Under the pieces are notes generated by a model. It saw only the letters and a list, made by a program, of their open reading frames with translations, had not been told where the DNA came from and searched no databases. The position numbers and the translations under genes were made by a program. A DNA stretch of 64,000 nucleotides from Convolutriloba macropyga (Eukaryota): positions 60,512,001 through 60,576,000 of the forward strand of contig NC_134471.1 of the NCBI RefSeq assembly GCF_964194025.1, in the 5' to 3' direction. Below, piece by piece: positions 1-12,357 of the stretch (its first letter is position 1; every line of letters begins with the position of its first letter).

Positions 1-2640
1 AAGGAAATGAGAGATCATTCCGAATTGTTTAGTAAAAGACTTAATGACAAGTTAGCAAAGATCTCTGAGAAACAAGACAGGCCTTTGCTTAATGGATCTC
101 ATAATAATGTTGTTACACTGGAGGGTGTTGAACTGCCGAAATTTGTCCTGGACGTTTTATCGTTAGGTCCAAAGCATCCAGTCAGGGACAAATTTAATGA
201 AGTGCACTTCCTTGCGGATGTAGACAGATTATTTCGTGAGTTAAGGGAGAACAACACTGATGGTGAAAAGTTATGTGAAATAGAATCGTCTGCCAAATGG
301 TACGCCAAGAATGTACGTGAGACACCAATGGATAGAGCGGTTAAAAAATAAATGATTTTTTGAAAGATCAAAAACTACTAGCTGTACCTTTTGATAAAGG
401 TTGCGGTTTTTGTGTTATGAAACAGACAGCATACTTGGATAAGCTACATGAAATTCTGAGATCCAGTCAGTTTGAGCCTCGTAATGGAACAAGTGATGAT
501 CGAAGAATAAGAACGGAAAAACCGATAAATAGCAGTTTGCATCAATTAATGAAACAGGGAAAGATAAATGAAAATATTTATCACAGGCTCAGGACAACTG
601 GATCGCAACCGGCCAGGCTTTATGGACTTGCTAAGGTACATAAAATTAGGACACCGCTTCGGCCTGTTCTGTCAATACCCGGTAGCAGCTACGAGAACCT
701 CAATAAATTTCTGTCTCCCTTTTTCAGGAAGTTACCAGGTGCAATTATTGAGACTAACTTGAAAGATGCCAGAGCAGCTCTAGAGGCTACCAAATTGGAT
801 GAAGATTAGCTAGTGGTATCTCTCGATGCAAAAAGCTCATACACCAATGTACCGGTTGAGGAGGCAATTGAAATTGCGCTTAAAGAACTGTACTCCAGTG
901 ACGAGGTACCTGAGATTCCGAGGTCAGCTATGAAGAGCCTTTTGAGACTAGCCGTAACGAATGTTCACTTAAGTGCAATAAAATGTGGTACACTCAATCG
1001 GACGGTTTAGCAATGGGTGCTTCGCTGGTGGTAATTTTGCCAAATTTTTGGATGAAGTGCTTTGGAAAATTTTTATCTTTGCAGAAACCAAAAAAGGGAA
1101 GAGAGATCAAAACACCTGGCACAAAGGTGATATGCATTGACTGTAAACGACGCGTCACTTTCCGAGGGAAAAGAGTCAAGTGCAAATCGTGCAAAAACTG
1201 GTTTCATGCAAAATGTCAAGGTATCATTGACACAGAATATCGGACCATGCAGGAAATTGTTTGAATCTGTTCCTATTCTGCAGAAACAGGTAGAAAAGAG
1301 GACACACTGAAATTGAAATTATTCAAGAGGTATGTGGATGACATAGTGTGCACGGTAAAGGGGAACCCTCTAGATTACCTTGAGTATGCAAATTCTCTTC
1401 ACAAGAACTTACAATTCATTCTCGAGACACCAAACGGAAGTGCAGACCTGGCATTCCTGGATCTAAACATAAACCTAAACGAAGACAGAAAAATCATCTG
1501 TCATTGGTGTCAAAAATCAACTGATACCGGCATAATCCTAAATTTCCGTAGCTGTGCACCGTTACAACATAAAAGAAATGTGATTCAAGGGACTGTGCAT
1601 AGGATTTTTAATGCGACCAGTGACTGGCAATCCTTTGAAGTAGCTCTTAAGAAAAATCAAGATATCTGGACTGAAAATCAATACCCAACAGAGTGGTCCT
1701 CCAGTATTGTTAATGGGACGTTGGATAAAATAGTCACGAAGAAAAAGGTCACAGCAAAACCACCCCAAAATGAACACAATCTTAAAAAAGTTAAAAGCCT
1801 TAACAATAGGGAGCCTAAACTTAGGTTTTTTGTTCAATACAGAGGAAATATCACGCCAAATTTTGCAAGTAGACTGAAACAATTGTGTGATATTCAAATC
1901 ATTTTCACAACAAGAAAGCTAAGAACTTGCTTGCCCACCCTAAAATCACTCTTTGATAAGAATCTGAAATCCCATGTGGTAGTAATGGATGCAGTTCCAT
2001 CTATGTTGGCCAAACCAGCCGACATGTTACCACTAGAATTTCAGAGCATCAAAATAAGGATTCCCCTGTTGGACAACACCTTGTTGATTGTTGTGGTACA
2101 ACGCATAACGTAAAATGGGAGATTCTTGACGCATGTCGCGGGGTTGAGAAACTAATGGCGATAGAAGCGATCTACATCAAAAAGCTGAAACTGTAATTAA
2201 ATATGCGCGATGAATATCGGGGGAGGGAATTGACATTGAAATACTAGTTCAAATAAAAAAATTTGACTTTTGAAATTCAAAAAATATTCTGTTACATGTT
2301 AATTCGAAATTTTGTCAACCCCAAAAAGTAAAAAATGAAAACAGATAGGAATGAAAGTAAAAATCCCTTTTCAGGAATAGTAAGCATTATACCCGGAATT
2401 TTCATAAAATCCGGAATATAAAATGAATTGATTTTAGTGTAATAAGTGTAAATAAAATAAAGTAAATGTAATTTTATCTGTATATAATTTCAAAAATTCG
2501 ATGTTATTTTAACTCATTTCTTAGAATTATAGTCAAAGACAAGTTTATATACTTTGTAACTGATTTCATTTAATTTTTAATTCTGACGATGAACGCAATG
2601 TTCGAAAACGTTCGTTTTAGTTAATCAATTAAAGTTTTAA
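1..2640 (+). mobile_element. Penelope-like retroelement (PLE), decayed; RT + GIY-YIG endonuclease; begins upstream of the window
   Basis: Fragmented ORFs carry PLE RT motifs in order: RLYGLAKVHK, PLRPVLS, SLDAKSSYTNVP, GLAMGASL, RYVDD, FLDL. The GIY-YIG segment NGCSSIYVGQTSRHVTTRISEH appears in a shifted frame near 1985-2050. The coding region ends ~2247, with several stops and frameshifts. A hammerhead-like motif lies in the 3' region. Confidence 0.92.
2577..2624 (+). ncRNA. Minimal type I hammerhead ribozyme-like motif at the PLE 3' end
   Basis: Stem I TTAATT/AGTTAA; core CTGACGA (2583-2589) plus one extra T; stem II GAAC-gcaat-GTTC; GAAA; short stem III AAC-gttc-GTT. The geometry is off by about 1 nt at the cleavage site. 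PLEs are known to carry such motifs. Confidence 0.6.
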
Positions 2641-3078
2641 TTGACAATTACTTCTCTGCATAATTTAAAAGTGTGAATGAGTGCAAACGACAGACAGAGG
2701 TGAGCACGAACAATTTTGCTACCTGCAAAAAAAAAAAACGAATTTTCAAGTACCTGAAGATTGTAAAGAAAGAAAGCTTGCCGTAAGTAGCAAAATCAGA
2801 AAATTTGAAAGTAGAAGCGATAAACAACCTCGCTCAATGGTTTGACATTTAATTTGCAACAGTGGTGACTGACAATGAGTACAAAATTTTTGAGTGGAAA
2901 TCTTTCATTTGGCTACATTTATCTCCGAATAGCAGAAACGGAAAAAAGAAAAAATTGTGTGTACTAGACTACTCTAATAAAGAGGTGACTATTCAATATC
3001 GCCTATCGTAGACAAAACCTGAGAAACATTTTCGTCTTCGTTTAAAAATCCTCTTCACAGACGAACTATACCAGCAAC

Positions 3079-4295
3079 TTGAATCGAAAAAAATGCAATG
3101 ACATTCGAACTCTGTATGTCGAATTCAGAAAAGCCTTTGACAAAGTAGCGCACAAAAGACTCATCCAGAAGCTCAAGAACATTGGCCTCGGAGGAAAGCT
3201 ACTCCAACTACTCGAAAGCTATCTCACAAACCGAACGCAACGCGTCAAAATTGGAACAAGCAAATCAAAGACCAGAAATGTAACCAGCGGAGTACCTCAG
3301 GGATCAATTTTGGGGCCTCTGATGTTCATCATCAACATTGACGATCTCCCCGAAGAAATCTCAGACATCCCGGCCTTCGGATACGCGGATGATTTCAAAG
3401 CAATTACCCACGGTGAACACGAATGCGAGACCACTCTCGGGGAAATACAGAAATGGAGCAAAGCAAACCATATGGACCTAAATGTTAGCAAAAGTAAAAC
3501 TCTCCTCATCAGAGGGGATCTAGCCCAGCGTGACGAAGCAGATCTTGAAACCGTTGCCACCCAAAAAGATCTCGGAGTCGTAATGTCTCGAAATCTCTCT
3601 TGGAGCGCAAACTGCCAAATTAGAACAACTAAAGCGTGGAAAGCCTTCTACACACTCAAACGAAATGTTTCGAGCAGAACCTCAATGGAAACGAAACTGA
3701 ACGCTTACATAGGATACGTAGTGCCCGTACTCACTTACGCCTCCCAAGTCTGGTACCCTTCGAAGACTGACATGAAATCAATCGAGAAGATCCAGCAAAA
3801 GGCAACAAAGTGGATATGCGGTGGAAACGACGAATACCATCAAAGACTCGAAACGCTGAAAATACTCCCACTCTCCATGTACATGGAAATGCACGATGTC
3901 CTCTATCTCCTCTCAATCCTAGAAGGCAATTACTACGTCCCCGAAGACAAACTGCCAAAGCGAAAAGAAAACGAAACAAGACAAAAGCAGGAATTTGAAC
4001 TCCCCAAACACCGACTACATGAATCAGACGAAAATTTTTTCTTCAGAGCCACAAAGCTATTCAACATCATCAGTAGGACAACGGAGAAGCCAATGACGAA
4101 GAAACTTCTGACAGAGATGTACCAAAACTATTTCCACAGAAGCTACAACGAACTCGACAGCTGCACCTGGAGACTTCTATGCAACTGTGGAATCTGCAAT
4201 CCAATGAAAAAACTCGTGCCAAACGAAAACTGAAGGGTTCCACACCCGAGGGCTCCGACCCTAAAGACTCTCCTACTACTACTACTACTACTACT
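3079..4295 (+). mobile_element. 5'-truncated non-LTR retrotransposon (CR1/L2-like), RT and C-terminal part of ORF2
   Basis: ORF 3079-4233 contains FRKAFDKV, SGVPQGSILGP, YADD, DLGVV and a Cys-rich end (CTWRLLCNCGIC). It is followed by a short GC-rich 3' UTR and a (CTA)n tail at 4273-4295. Degraded ORF2-like sequence may extend upstream to ~2700. Confidence 0.9.
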
Positions 4296-4599
4296 TTAGC
4301 AACATTTAAATGCTTCGGAAGTTTCCTTGCATGTAGAAAACAAGAATAGTTATTTCAGTATACAAGGAGCGACAAAAGGAAATGCAAATTGCAGACCTCT
4401 GACACTCTTGAACATGTTATTAAAAAATTTTTGATCTGAAGCCACTGATCAAAAATCTCTAGAACACTGCAATTATTTTACAGTCTATCTCATATCTACT
4501 CGAATTTAGGCCTGCACAAGCTGTAAAAATATCCGTTCTTTTAATTTTTCCCAAGCTTTTGAAAATATTACGCAGAGCATTCTTTCGGAAAAAAAGGAA

Positions 4600-4758
4600 C
4601 TTTTCCGTTTGTGCCCCCCAGTACGTTATGCGCCCCCAGTTACAGAGCACGTGCCATTACATAGTAAATCACTATGTAAAAATATTGCACGTGCGTCTGG
4701 GGGGTGCAAATAATATGCGCCCACTAAGCTGGGGGGGGGGGGGGCACAAACGGAAAAG
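4600..4758. mobile_element. Palindromic MITE-like element
   Basis: 20-bp terminal inverted repeats CTTTTCCGTTTGTGCCCCCC / GGGGGGCACAAACGGAAAAG. Nested internal inverted repeats: GCACGTGC twice, TTACATAGT/ACTATGTAA. Confidence 0.7.
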
Positions 4759-4782
4759 ATCAAAACAAAATTATTACCTGCG

Positions 4783-5765
4783 ATGATATCCAAAGGCTTG
4801 TTCGAACTGATTCAAAGTTATGTAACGGATAGGAAGCAACAGCACGGATTAAGAGTGAGTTATCAGTCCTTGGGGTTCCATAGGGCTGTTTTTGGGTCGC
4901 TCCTGTTTTTTATCTACATAAATGTTCTACCAATTGTTTTATCAATTGCTCTATTTGCTCACGATATAAATGTAAAGACAAATTAATCGCTCAATATATT
5001 TCAAGATGATGTCAATGCGGGCACAATTGGATTGCAAAATTTTATTGTTCAATTTGATAAATTGCTCAATTAGGCAGTTATAATTCGGCAAACACAAGCA
5101 CTTGTGATGGAATCTCTTATAATGTAAACGGGCGAAGCCTTAAGCCCAAAACTTGAACCTCTGAACTGGAATGAACTTGTTCGGCAGAGAGTTGGAAAAG
5201 CAGCCAAAGCCTTCTTCTTGTTAAAAAAGAGTACATTTTCAATACTTGATCGTAAAGCTGTAATTATTCCTTCGTTAACTATTTGCTTCAGAATGTTGGG
5301 AACTCCTAAAGATTAGCTTTTACAGGTATTGAGATTTAAGAATGCTGTTGGAATCAAATATATTACCTTTATTATAACGTGCTAAAAGACCTACTTTTTT
5401 TCAGTAATATCGTCAAAGGGATACAACGTTGATTTTTCGAAGCATGTTAAAATACCGATAAAAGTAATACCGATAGAAGAAGACGTGTTATTCTTCCAGA
5501 TATGAGATCCAGGTGCAGAATTTTCGGCGCAGAACTGGATTCAGAGTCAAAATATTCAGCAAATCTTAGATTTCTTTAACCCAGAAATCTTAAAATATAA
5601 ACTGATCGAACTCATGTGGATTTACTTTAATAGACATTGGAGTAAAAACAAAAGCTGTACCTGGACTTACATTTGTCTCTGTGAAAATTGTCTCTCTAAT
5701 CCTAGATTATAACTGCGGGGCATATGTCCCCGTTGGCATATCCGCGAAGTCCTAATAATAATACT
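4783..5765 (+). pseudogene. Degraded LINE of the same clade as 3079-4295
   Basis: RT remnants (LIQSYVTDRKQ, LLFFIYIN) and a C-terminal CTWTYICLCENC matching the neighbour's CTWRLLCNCGIC. GC-rich 3' UTR and (TAA)n tail at ~5754-5762. Confidence 0.7.
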
Positions 5766-5835
5766 ATTTTATCATAAATAGAAAATTTTGGACAATTGCT
5801 CGCAAGTTGTACTGTCTGCACTTTCAGTTAAGATA

Positions 5836-6093
5836 ATGCAAGACCCTAATGAAGATACTGAGTGGAATGATGTCTTGCGGGCAAAAGGCATTATACCCCC
5901 TAAGGAGACAGAAATTACAGAGGATCAAATAGCTGACATGATTGACCAAGCTGTACAGAAACATGTGAATGGTGATCAAAAGGAGATGGATGAAATGAAT
6001 CTGGACGAGTTAGATGACATTGAAGATGACATAACAGAGGATGACGAGAAAGCCTTTGAGGAGTACAGACGGCAGAGAATGGCTGAACTCAAA
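5836..6093 (+). CDS. PDCL3: Phosducin-like protein 3 (PhLP2/VIAF), coding exon 1
   Basis: MQDPNEDTEWNDVLRAKGIIPPKE...FEEYRRQRMAELK is the typical PhLP2 N-terminus. Acceptor TTTCAG at 5827, GT donor at 6094, phase 0. Confidence 0.9.
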
Positions 6094-6331
6094 GTTAAAA
6101 AGTTTTCTTCTGTTTAGTTTTTATGATTCAACCTGGCAAAGACTATAAGATTTAAGATGCTGAAATTCACTTCGTTTTTTACCATTGGTTATGCAAAAAG
6201 TCAAATTAATCTCACTCTTTTATTTTGGACATTGAAAGTGCCAGCCTTACTTGATTAACCAATTTGCTTGTGTGGCCATCAAGAATTTTTCTCTGCTGCA
6301 GCGTGTAATATGATTTTCTTCTTATTTTTAG

Positions 6332-6607
6332 GCGATGTCGGCAAAGCCGAGATTTGGATCTGTGATTGAAATATCGGGACAGGATTGGGTCGAGGCAATA
6401 AACAAGGCTGGTGATGATATTTGGGTCATCGTACATCTGTACAAAAATGGGATCGAAATGTGCAACATTTTGAATCACCATTTTGTCCAATTGGCGCAGA
6501 AGTTCCCATTCGCGAAGTTCATCAAGGCAGTGGCGACTACTTGTATTCCGAACTACCCGGAGAACAACTTGCCGACTCTATTCATCTATCAAAATGGCGA
6601 AATGAAG
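6332..6607 (+). CDS. PDCL3: Phosducin-like protein 3, coding exon 2 (thioredoxin-like domain)
   Basis: RFGSVIEISGQDWVEAINKAG...VIVHLYK...KFIKA...CIPNYPENNLPTLFIY. TTTTAG acceptor, GTAATC donor, phase 0/0. Confidence 0.92.
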
Positions 6608-7065
6608 GTAATCAAGTAGGAGATGCGGATGAATTAAAACTAGAAGGCTCTCGTGAATCTGTGTGTGGAACGATATCAACAAATTCCTATTTGACAGCAT
6701 ACAGTGCATAACGTTCCAATTTTGATGTCCACGCCTAATTCTATTAATTCCATAGCACATGCTAGAACATGTGTACTGCAAAGATACTTCAAGTAAAGTT
6801 AAGCAAAATAAAAAAATACTGTCGTGGATTATATTATATTGAGCTTGCTCCATTAGTTAATCCTTTCTTCACTTTCGAATCAACAGTTTTTGAGGATGCT
6901 TGCAGCTTTAAAGAAGGTCGTGATTGCCTTTAAAGCAAACAAACTAAAGCAGAAAAATCCTAGAAGCCGTATCTTGTGTTTTTTTCAAAAAAAAGAACAT
7001 TCATGATCAGCATACGGTTCTAAGTAAAGGCAAATTTAAGAATTAAAAAAAGACAACATTTGATT

Positions 7066-8185
7066 AATAGCCGTAAAGCGATAGCGGCTATTATTGGGGA
7101 CATCGTGGTTTTTTACAATTCAAAGACTTCTTTTTTAAGGGGCGCTGTCTTTTTTTTTAAGATCTGTTCACACATTTTATTGATTTTTGAAGTCAAATTG
7201 GAGTAGTGATTTGGTCGCGCAGAAATAGGAAGTGGAGCGAAATAGCGAGGGGTATTGCGGCGTGGATTTTTTTCGCTCTAATTTTAAAGTAGAGTGAGAA
7301 CACGGTGTTCGAACAAAAATTCGTTTTCTCGCTAGTGGTTTTTTTCACTTCGATTTTACTCTTTTTTTTTGGCAATTTCACTTCGATTTTTACTCTTTTT
7401 TGGATTGTTTTGATGGGTTTTTTCTAAATGGTTTTCCCAATCCATTCATAGTTCTTTCTAGGCCTAGTTTTTTTGTTTGAACTAAATTTTGTTTCTCGCT
7501 AGTCGTTTTTTGTTTTGACATGCGGCATTTTGACATTGATTTTCATTTAATTTTTGTTTTTTTTTTATCTTATTTTTTTTATAGAAATGATTTTCCCAAT
7601 TTACTCATAGTCTGTTCTAGGTCTAGTTTTTTGTTTAGTCGATGAAAATTTTTTGAATTGTACGTCAGGACTTGTCCTGCTTTTTTTAAGGCGTCTTCTC
7701 CATCGATGATTCCTAAGACCTGACTTCTTGGAATTGACTCTTTCAATGACCTCAGCGACTTCTACTGCTTTGCAGTTAAAATTTGTGTGCGTGACGTCAT
7801 CTCTGCTTTTAGGTCAATTACGTGACTTACCTCACTCAAAAAATTACTTCTGAACTCACGTATGGAACTTAAAATTTAATGAAAATTTACTAGTTAAATC
7901 AATAGTGTGCATTTAAGTAGTGCCAAACTTATATGCCCTATTTCTTGAGTTTTAGTCTTGAGTTTTTAATTTCGAATATCAATTTTATAAAAGCTGGTTT
8001 AGGGCTTTTTCATTATAGACCGTATGTGTCATAAAATTGAGTCCAAATCGAACCCAAAAAGTCTAGTGGTCTATTAAAGGACTGATGGTTGATCTGGTTG
8101 TCTTATTTCTTTACTTGTTTCAATTCATCGAAGGCCATAAGCGTCTATTTCCCGGCTGATTTCCGGCAATCTGCCGGCTATGTTT
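7066..8185 (+). mobile_element. Composite Helentron/DINE-1-like non-autonomous element (family A containing family C)
   Basis: 5' AATAGCCG...CGGCTATT fold-back. Inner ACAATTCAAAG start at ~7115 and CAGGACTTGTCCTG hairpin at ~7667. 3' CCGGCAATCTGCCGG hairpin + CTATGTT. Confidence 0.6.
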
Positions 8186-9121
8186 TTAAAACTTCTCCAA
8201 AATCAAAAAGCAATTGGTATCAATATCAATTGGTATAGGAACTGGAAAAAGTTTCAAAACTCGCAAAATAAGTGAAACGAGCTCAAAACAACTGTAATCG
8301 ATGGAAGTGCAATCTGACGTTCTGTGAAATGAGATGTTCAAACAATTCAATCAAATGATTGAAACAAAAGATATCAAAACCTTTGCTATTTGCAATCGTA
8401 ATATAAGTAAATTGCAATGAATTTAAACACTGAAAAAGGTTTTGATGCTGTCCGTTGCTTATGGAGGTCTACCAGCGCTTCTGTTTTGTTGAAATCAATA
8501 AAGGTTTTCTGGAAAATTGCAATAGCTGTTATTTGAAGCTGTGCAAAACCAGCTGCGCTCCTTAGCTGTTTCGGATCTATTCTGTTTCGGCCTTGCCGTG
8601 TTTTTTTTGCGCCCAAATGTGTTACAAGTTATGTTTTGTTAGCACGTTATAAGTAGCGTTAAAGAAGTAAAGAATGAAAAAAGAGCTGCAACTTATACGA
8701 TTTTTGTTATGCCAACGTATTCTGAAGAATCGCCCTACATTATAAACTCATGGGACTTCAATGCAAGCTTTTTCTTGAAATGAATTGACATTAAAGACAA
8801 GAAGGTTCTTTTTTGACAAGTTCATCTGATAAATTTTGACCTTTAATTATTACATGATAGATCAAACCGGCCGCATTTAAAAGGCTTTGGAAAGATTAAA
8901 TATTCCATGAAAATGATCTCGAAGAAATTTTGAAGCAATTATTGTAAACGCGTGTCTTTTTTATGCAAAAGTTCCGCGTGACCATTTGTTCTAGTACATT
9001 CTTTGACTTCTTAATTGACTTTCTCATGCTTCTCTTCATTTTTGAGCGATCACAATTGCTCTCACTCCGAAGTAAAGTTTGTTGCTAAAGTAAAAGCAAT
9101 TGCAGCATGGGAGAGCACAAG

Positions 9122-9192
9122 AGGCGGGTTGCCGAGCGGTGGGTGCTTCTGTTTCGGGTTCAAGAGGTCGTGGGTTTGCATCTCACACTGGT
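9122..9192 (+). repeat. Degenerate tRNA-like cassette in a ~340-bp repeat unit
   Basis: A-box-like TGCCGAGCGG and B-box-like GGGTTTGCATCTC. Same upstream flank as the other cassettes. Confidence 0.4.
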
Positions 9193-9469
9193 AGGAGGTT
9201 TTGCACCTATAAACAAAAAGTTTTCTAGGCCGCAACACCCTTTGAATGAAATTGCTCTTGAACGATGTGTAAAGCAATTATTGTAAACATGTTTCGTTTT
9301 TATGCAAAATTTTTGCTTGATCGTTTTCTTCCGGAAAATTATTTTAATTTCACTTCTCGAGTTACTTTTTCAGGCTTGACTTCATTTTTGCAAGTGATTT
9401 AAATTGCGTGCATTCAGAAATTAAGTCTGTTGCTAAATTGAAACCGACTGCGTGCGATGCCTGTACATA

Positions 9470-9540
9470 GCCTGTGTAGCCTAGTGGTAAAAGTCCAGTA
9501 CTCTCAAATGAGAGCTCAGGTTCGAACTCCTCGCCAGTCT
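9470..9540 (+). repeat. tRNA-derived (SINE-like) cassette
   Basis: A box TAGCCTAGTGG and B box GGTTCGAACTCC with tRNA-like spacing; no convincing cloverleaf. Confidence 0.55.
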
Positions 9541-12201
9541 GATGTTTTGCACCATAAAAGTGTCCCTGACCTATACCCCTTCCAAACTTTTGCTTCGACA
9601 GTCGTTCGAGAGAAATTTTGTCCGACGTTAGTCTGGCTTTGTTTATAAGATGTTTTTAGAAATAGCCGGGAAGCGATAGCGACTCTGTTATTTATCTCAT
9701 TGTTGCTTTTACAATTCAACGAATTTGAATTGGGTTGACGCGCTGACTTCTTTAAAATAGTCGTGTAGGTTAAAATGTAATCTTTAATCTGTTTTCAATC
9801 ATCATCGGGCAGCTAATGGTTTTTGACTCTTATGCTATGTGTTTTTAAAAATTATCAGTCAATTTTTGTATTTTGCCCGTATTGTTGTTTTTTGTTGCCT
9901 TTTAATGAGGCATTTGCAACCTTATGTAATTTTTCCAGCTTATAGACCCTTCGCCTCCGTCACGAAATATTCTGATGCTGTAAATGGAAAAAACGAGCAG
10001 TGCTATGTCGTGCAAGTGTTTAAAGTGGAGTGAGACATTTTTTCTGAAAAAAGTGAGCTCTTTGACTTCTGTTTCTTACGATTGCTTATGATTTGTGATA
10101 TGTGTTATAACTGTGGTAAGTTTCTCTTTTCTGGATCCATTAAGGTGTAGCTAATGTTTTTTTTTACTCTGAAACTTTGAAAATATTAGTGACTTTAATA
10201 CTTTTTAACGTTGTTTTTATTTGGTTTTCTCTCATCCCATTATTATGTGTCCTATTGGCCTTCTTAGGAGGCAAAGGGAAATTTTTATCGTTATTATTTT
10301 ATCTACTGGCATCTCTAATTATTTTATGAGTTGGGCACAATGTGTTTTGATGAAACATATGGTTTTTTTCTGGTCCGCATTTTTGTCACTGAGTCACATA
10401 TTGAGATCTCCGATTCGCCTTCTCATGAAGAATAAGTGAATCTTAAGCAACTGTTTCCTTGATATCTACTTGTTTTTAAAATTTCACGCTTCGTTTTCAT
10501 AAAATATCAAAGTGTTTTTTGCGAAAACGCGAAAAACTCAGTTCTAATCCCAAAAAACGGCGTCAAATTTTTTAAAACTATAAGCTATGCAATTAAAAAT
10601 CTGATAGTTTATGGTTTCAATGACTGACGCCATTTAAATATAATTGTTAGTTTTTTGCGGTTTACCCGAGTTTGTTCCTATGGTTGTCTGATTACAATCT
10701 CGTTAATATTATGTTCTATTGGACTTCTATTGAGGTACAAGTTGATCTATTTAGTGTTTTTAGCGTTTAGCAGATGGTTTTTTTCTTGAATTTGGCGACA
10801 TTAAGTTTAAGTGAATTTTGAGTTCAAGATTTCTAGTTCAAAGATTGTAAAATACGGCTTCATGTTTAATGACTGATTCCTGTATCTGTAGGAAATGTTT
10901 GCCAGTTTTTCGTCAAATTGCTTATCTGTTGTCCTGCTGTTGCTTTGTTTCTCATTGGTTTTCCTCAATTTCGTTGTATTAATTCTGTGAACGCAAAATG
11001 TGAACTGTTATTTATTGAGTACTGTTTTAGATTTTAATTGTTTTTGCTCTTTCTGTATTTCGTATGCGAGGCCATATATTGCTGATTTGTTTGATATATT
11101 GCAAGTTTTGTTACGTCTCTTTTTTCACGCGCTATGAACTCAAGACTTTTTGGACTGAAACCAACCTGCCGTTGAGCTTGAGTGCGTGACGTCATTTGCT
11201 ATTATTTATTAGCCGCATAGCAATATCTGGGCCTATTTTTGGCCTTCTCTTGGGTTTTCTTCATTTCGCAGTCAAGATTTTTCTTAAGGACTTCACATCC
11301 AATTCATATCTGCTTTTTGTTCATTCGTTCATGCAGTTTCAATTGAATTGCATGAGTGACGTCTTTTTTCACTCCTAGTGGAGCGAGTTTTTTGTTCATT
11401 TGCTTGATTAAGTTTTTAGTCACACAGGACTTAACTCACTCTCAAGAAGATTTTCCTCACTCTTGAAGTTGACTTTTCTTTACTTTAATTCAAAAAGATT
11501 AGCTCAAGTGAGTGTGTGCCACTCTAATTGAAGGTTATCTAAGAGCAGCTATTAGAAGCAGCAATAAGTTTGACAAATTCTTAATCAAAATGTAACATTT
11601 GAGCATTTAGTAAAAGCATTTTTCATACTGCAGATCTACGAAGCTATTGCGGTTATTTTCTGGCAATCTGCCAGCTATGTTTTCTGTATTGGTTTTTTTG
11701 GTCAGGGATGGGATGAGGATACATGACGCACCTAACTTGATCAAATGACTTTCGCACTCAATTTTAAATTCTAAATTGAGAATGTGTACTGTAATTGAAA
11801 GTCAATTTAGGTAATACAAGCTAGATAATTATAAGGCTGCATTACCTATAAGCCATTAATGTTTGGAATTTGATCTGAAAATAATGATAATTTGAAATCA
11901 GTACCACATTCTGAATCTCAATTTTCTGTCTTTGGTCTTGGTGAATTTTTTTATCAGTAGTCAAAGCAATATTTTTGCGGCTATCTGCGGGTGTGTTCCA
12001 GCTTATTCCGTCTTTTTAGTTATGTTTCATAAAGTTTGTGGTACGATTTGTGGGATTTCCTCCGTTTGCGCCCTCCCCCTCCAGCTTAATGGGTGCATAT
12101 TAACTATCATACAACGAATTACTGTGTAATGGCTTGTGTTCTATATTTGGTGACTGATCAATAGTTCAAAATCATTGGGTAGAGAACTTGATTTGTTTTA
12201 G

Positions 12202-12357
12202 GACAAGCTAATTGGCAGAGATAGTTTTCCGAGTGGCAAAGTGACCTCAGAAGACGTCGAATGGCAGCTGAGTCGAACTGGAGCAATTGACACAGAACTT
12301 ACAGAGAATCCTCGGAAGCCCATTGATGATGTCTTTTCCAAGAAGACCATATATTGA
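12202..12357 (+). CDS. PDCL3: Phosducin-like protein 3, last coding exon (not in the ORF track)
   Basis: After TTTTAG it reads DKLIGRDSFPSGKVTSEDVEWQLSRTGAIDTELTENPRKPIDDVFSKKTIY*, matching the PhLP2 EWxLxxxGA...ENP C-terminus. The joined protein is 229 aa. Confidence 0.88.
   Translation, partial: DKLIGRDSFPSGKVTSEDVEWQLSRTGAIDTELTENPRKPIDDVFSKKTIY

Noticed and set aside
9470-9540. Functional tRNA genes (also 9122, 19639, 41039, 49388)
   Set aside because: A/B boxes are present, but acceptor or anticodon stems do not pair well and the copies sit in repeat context.
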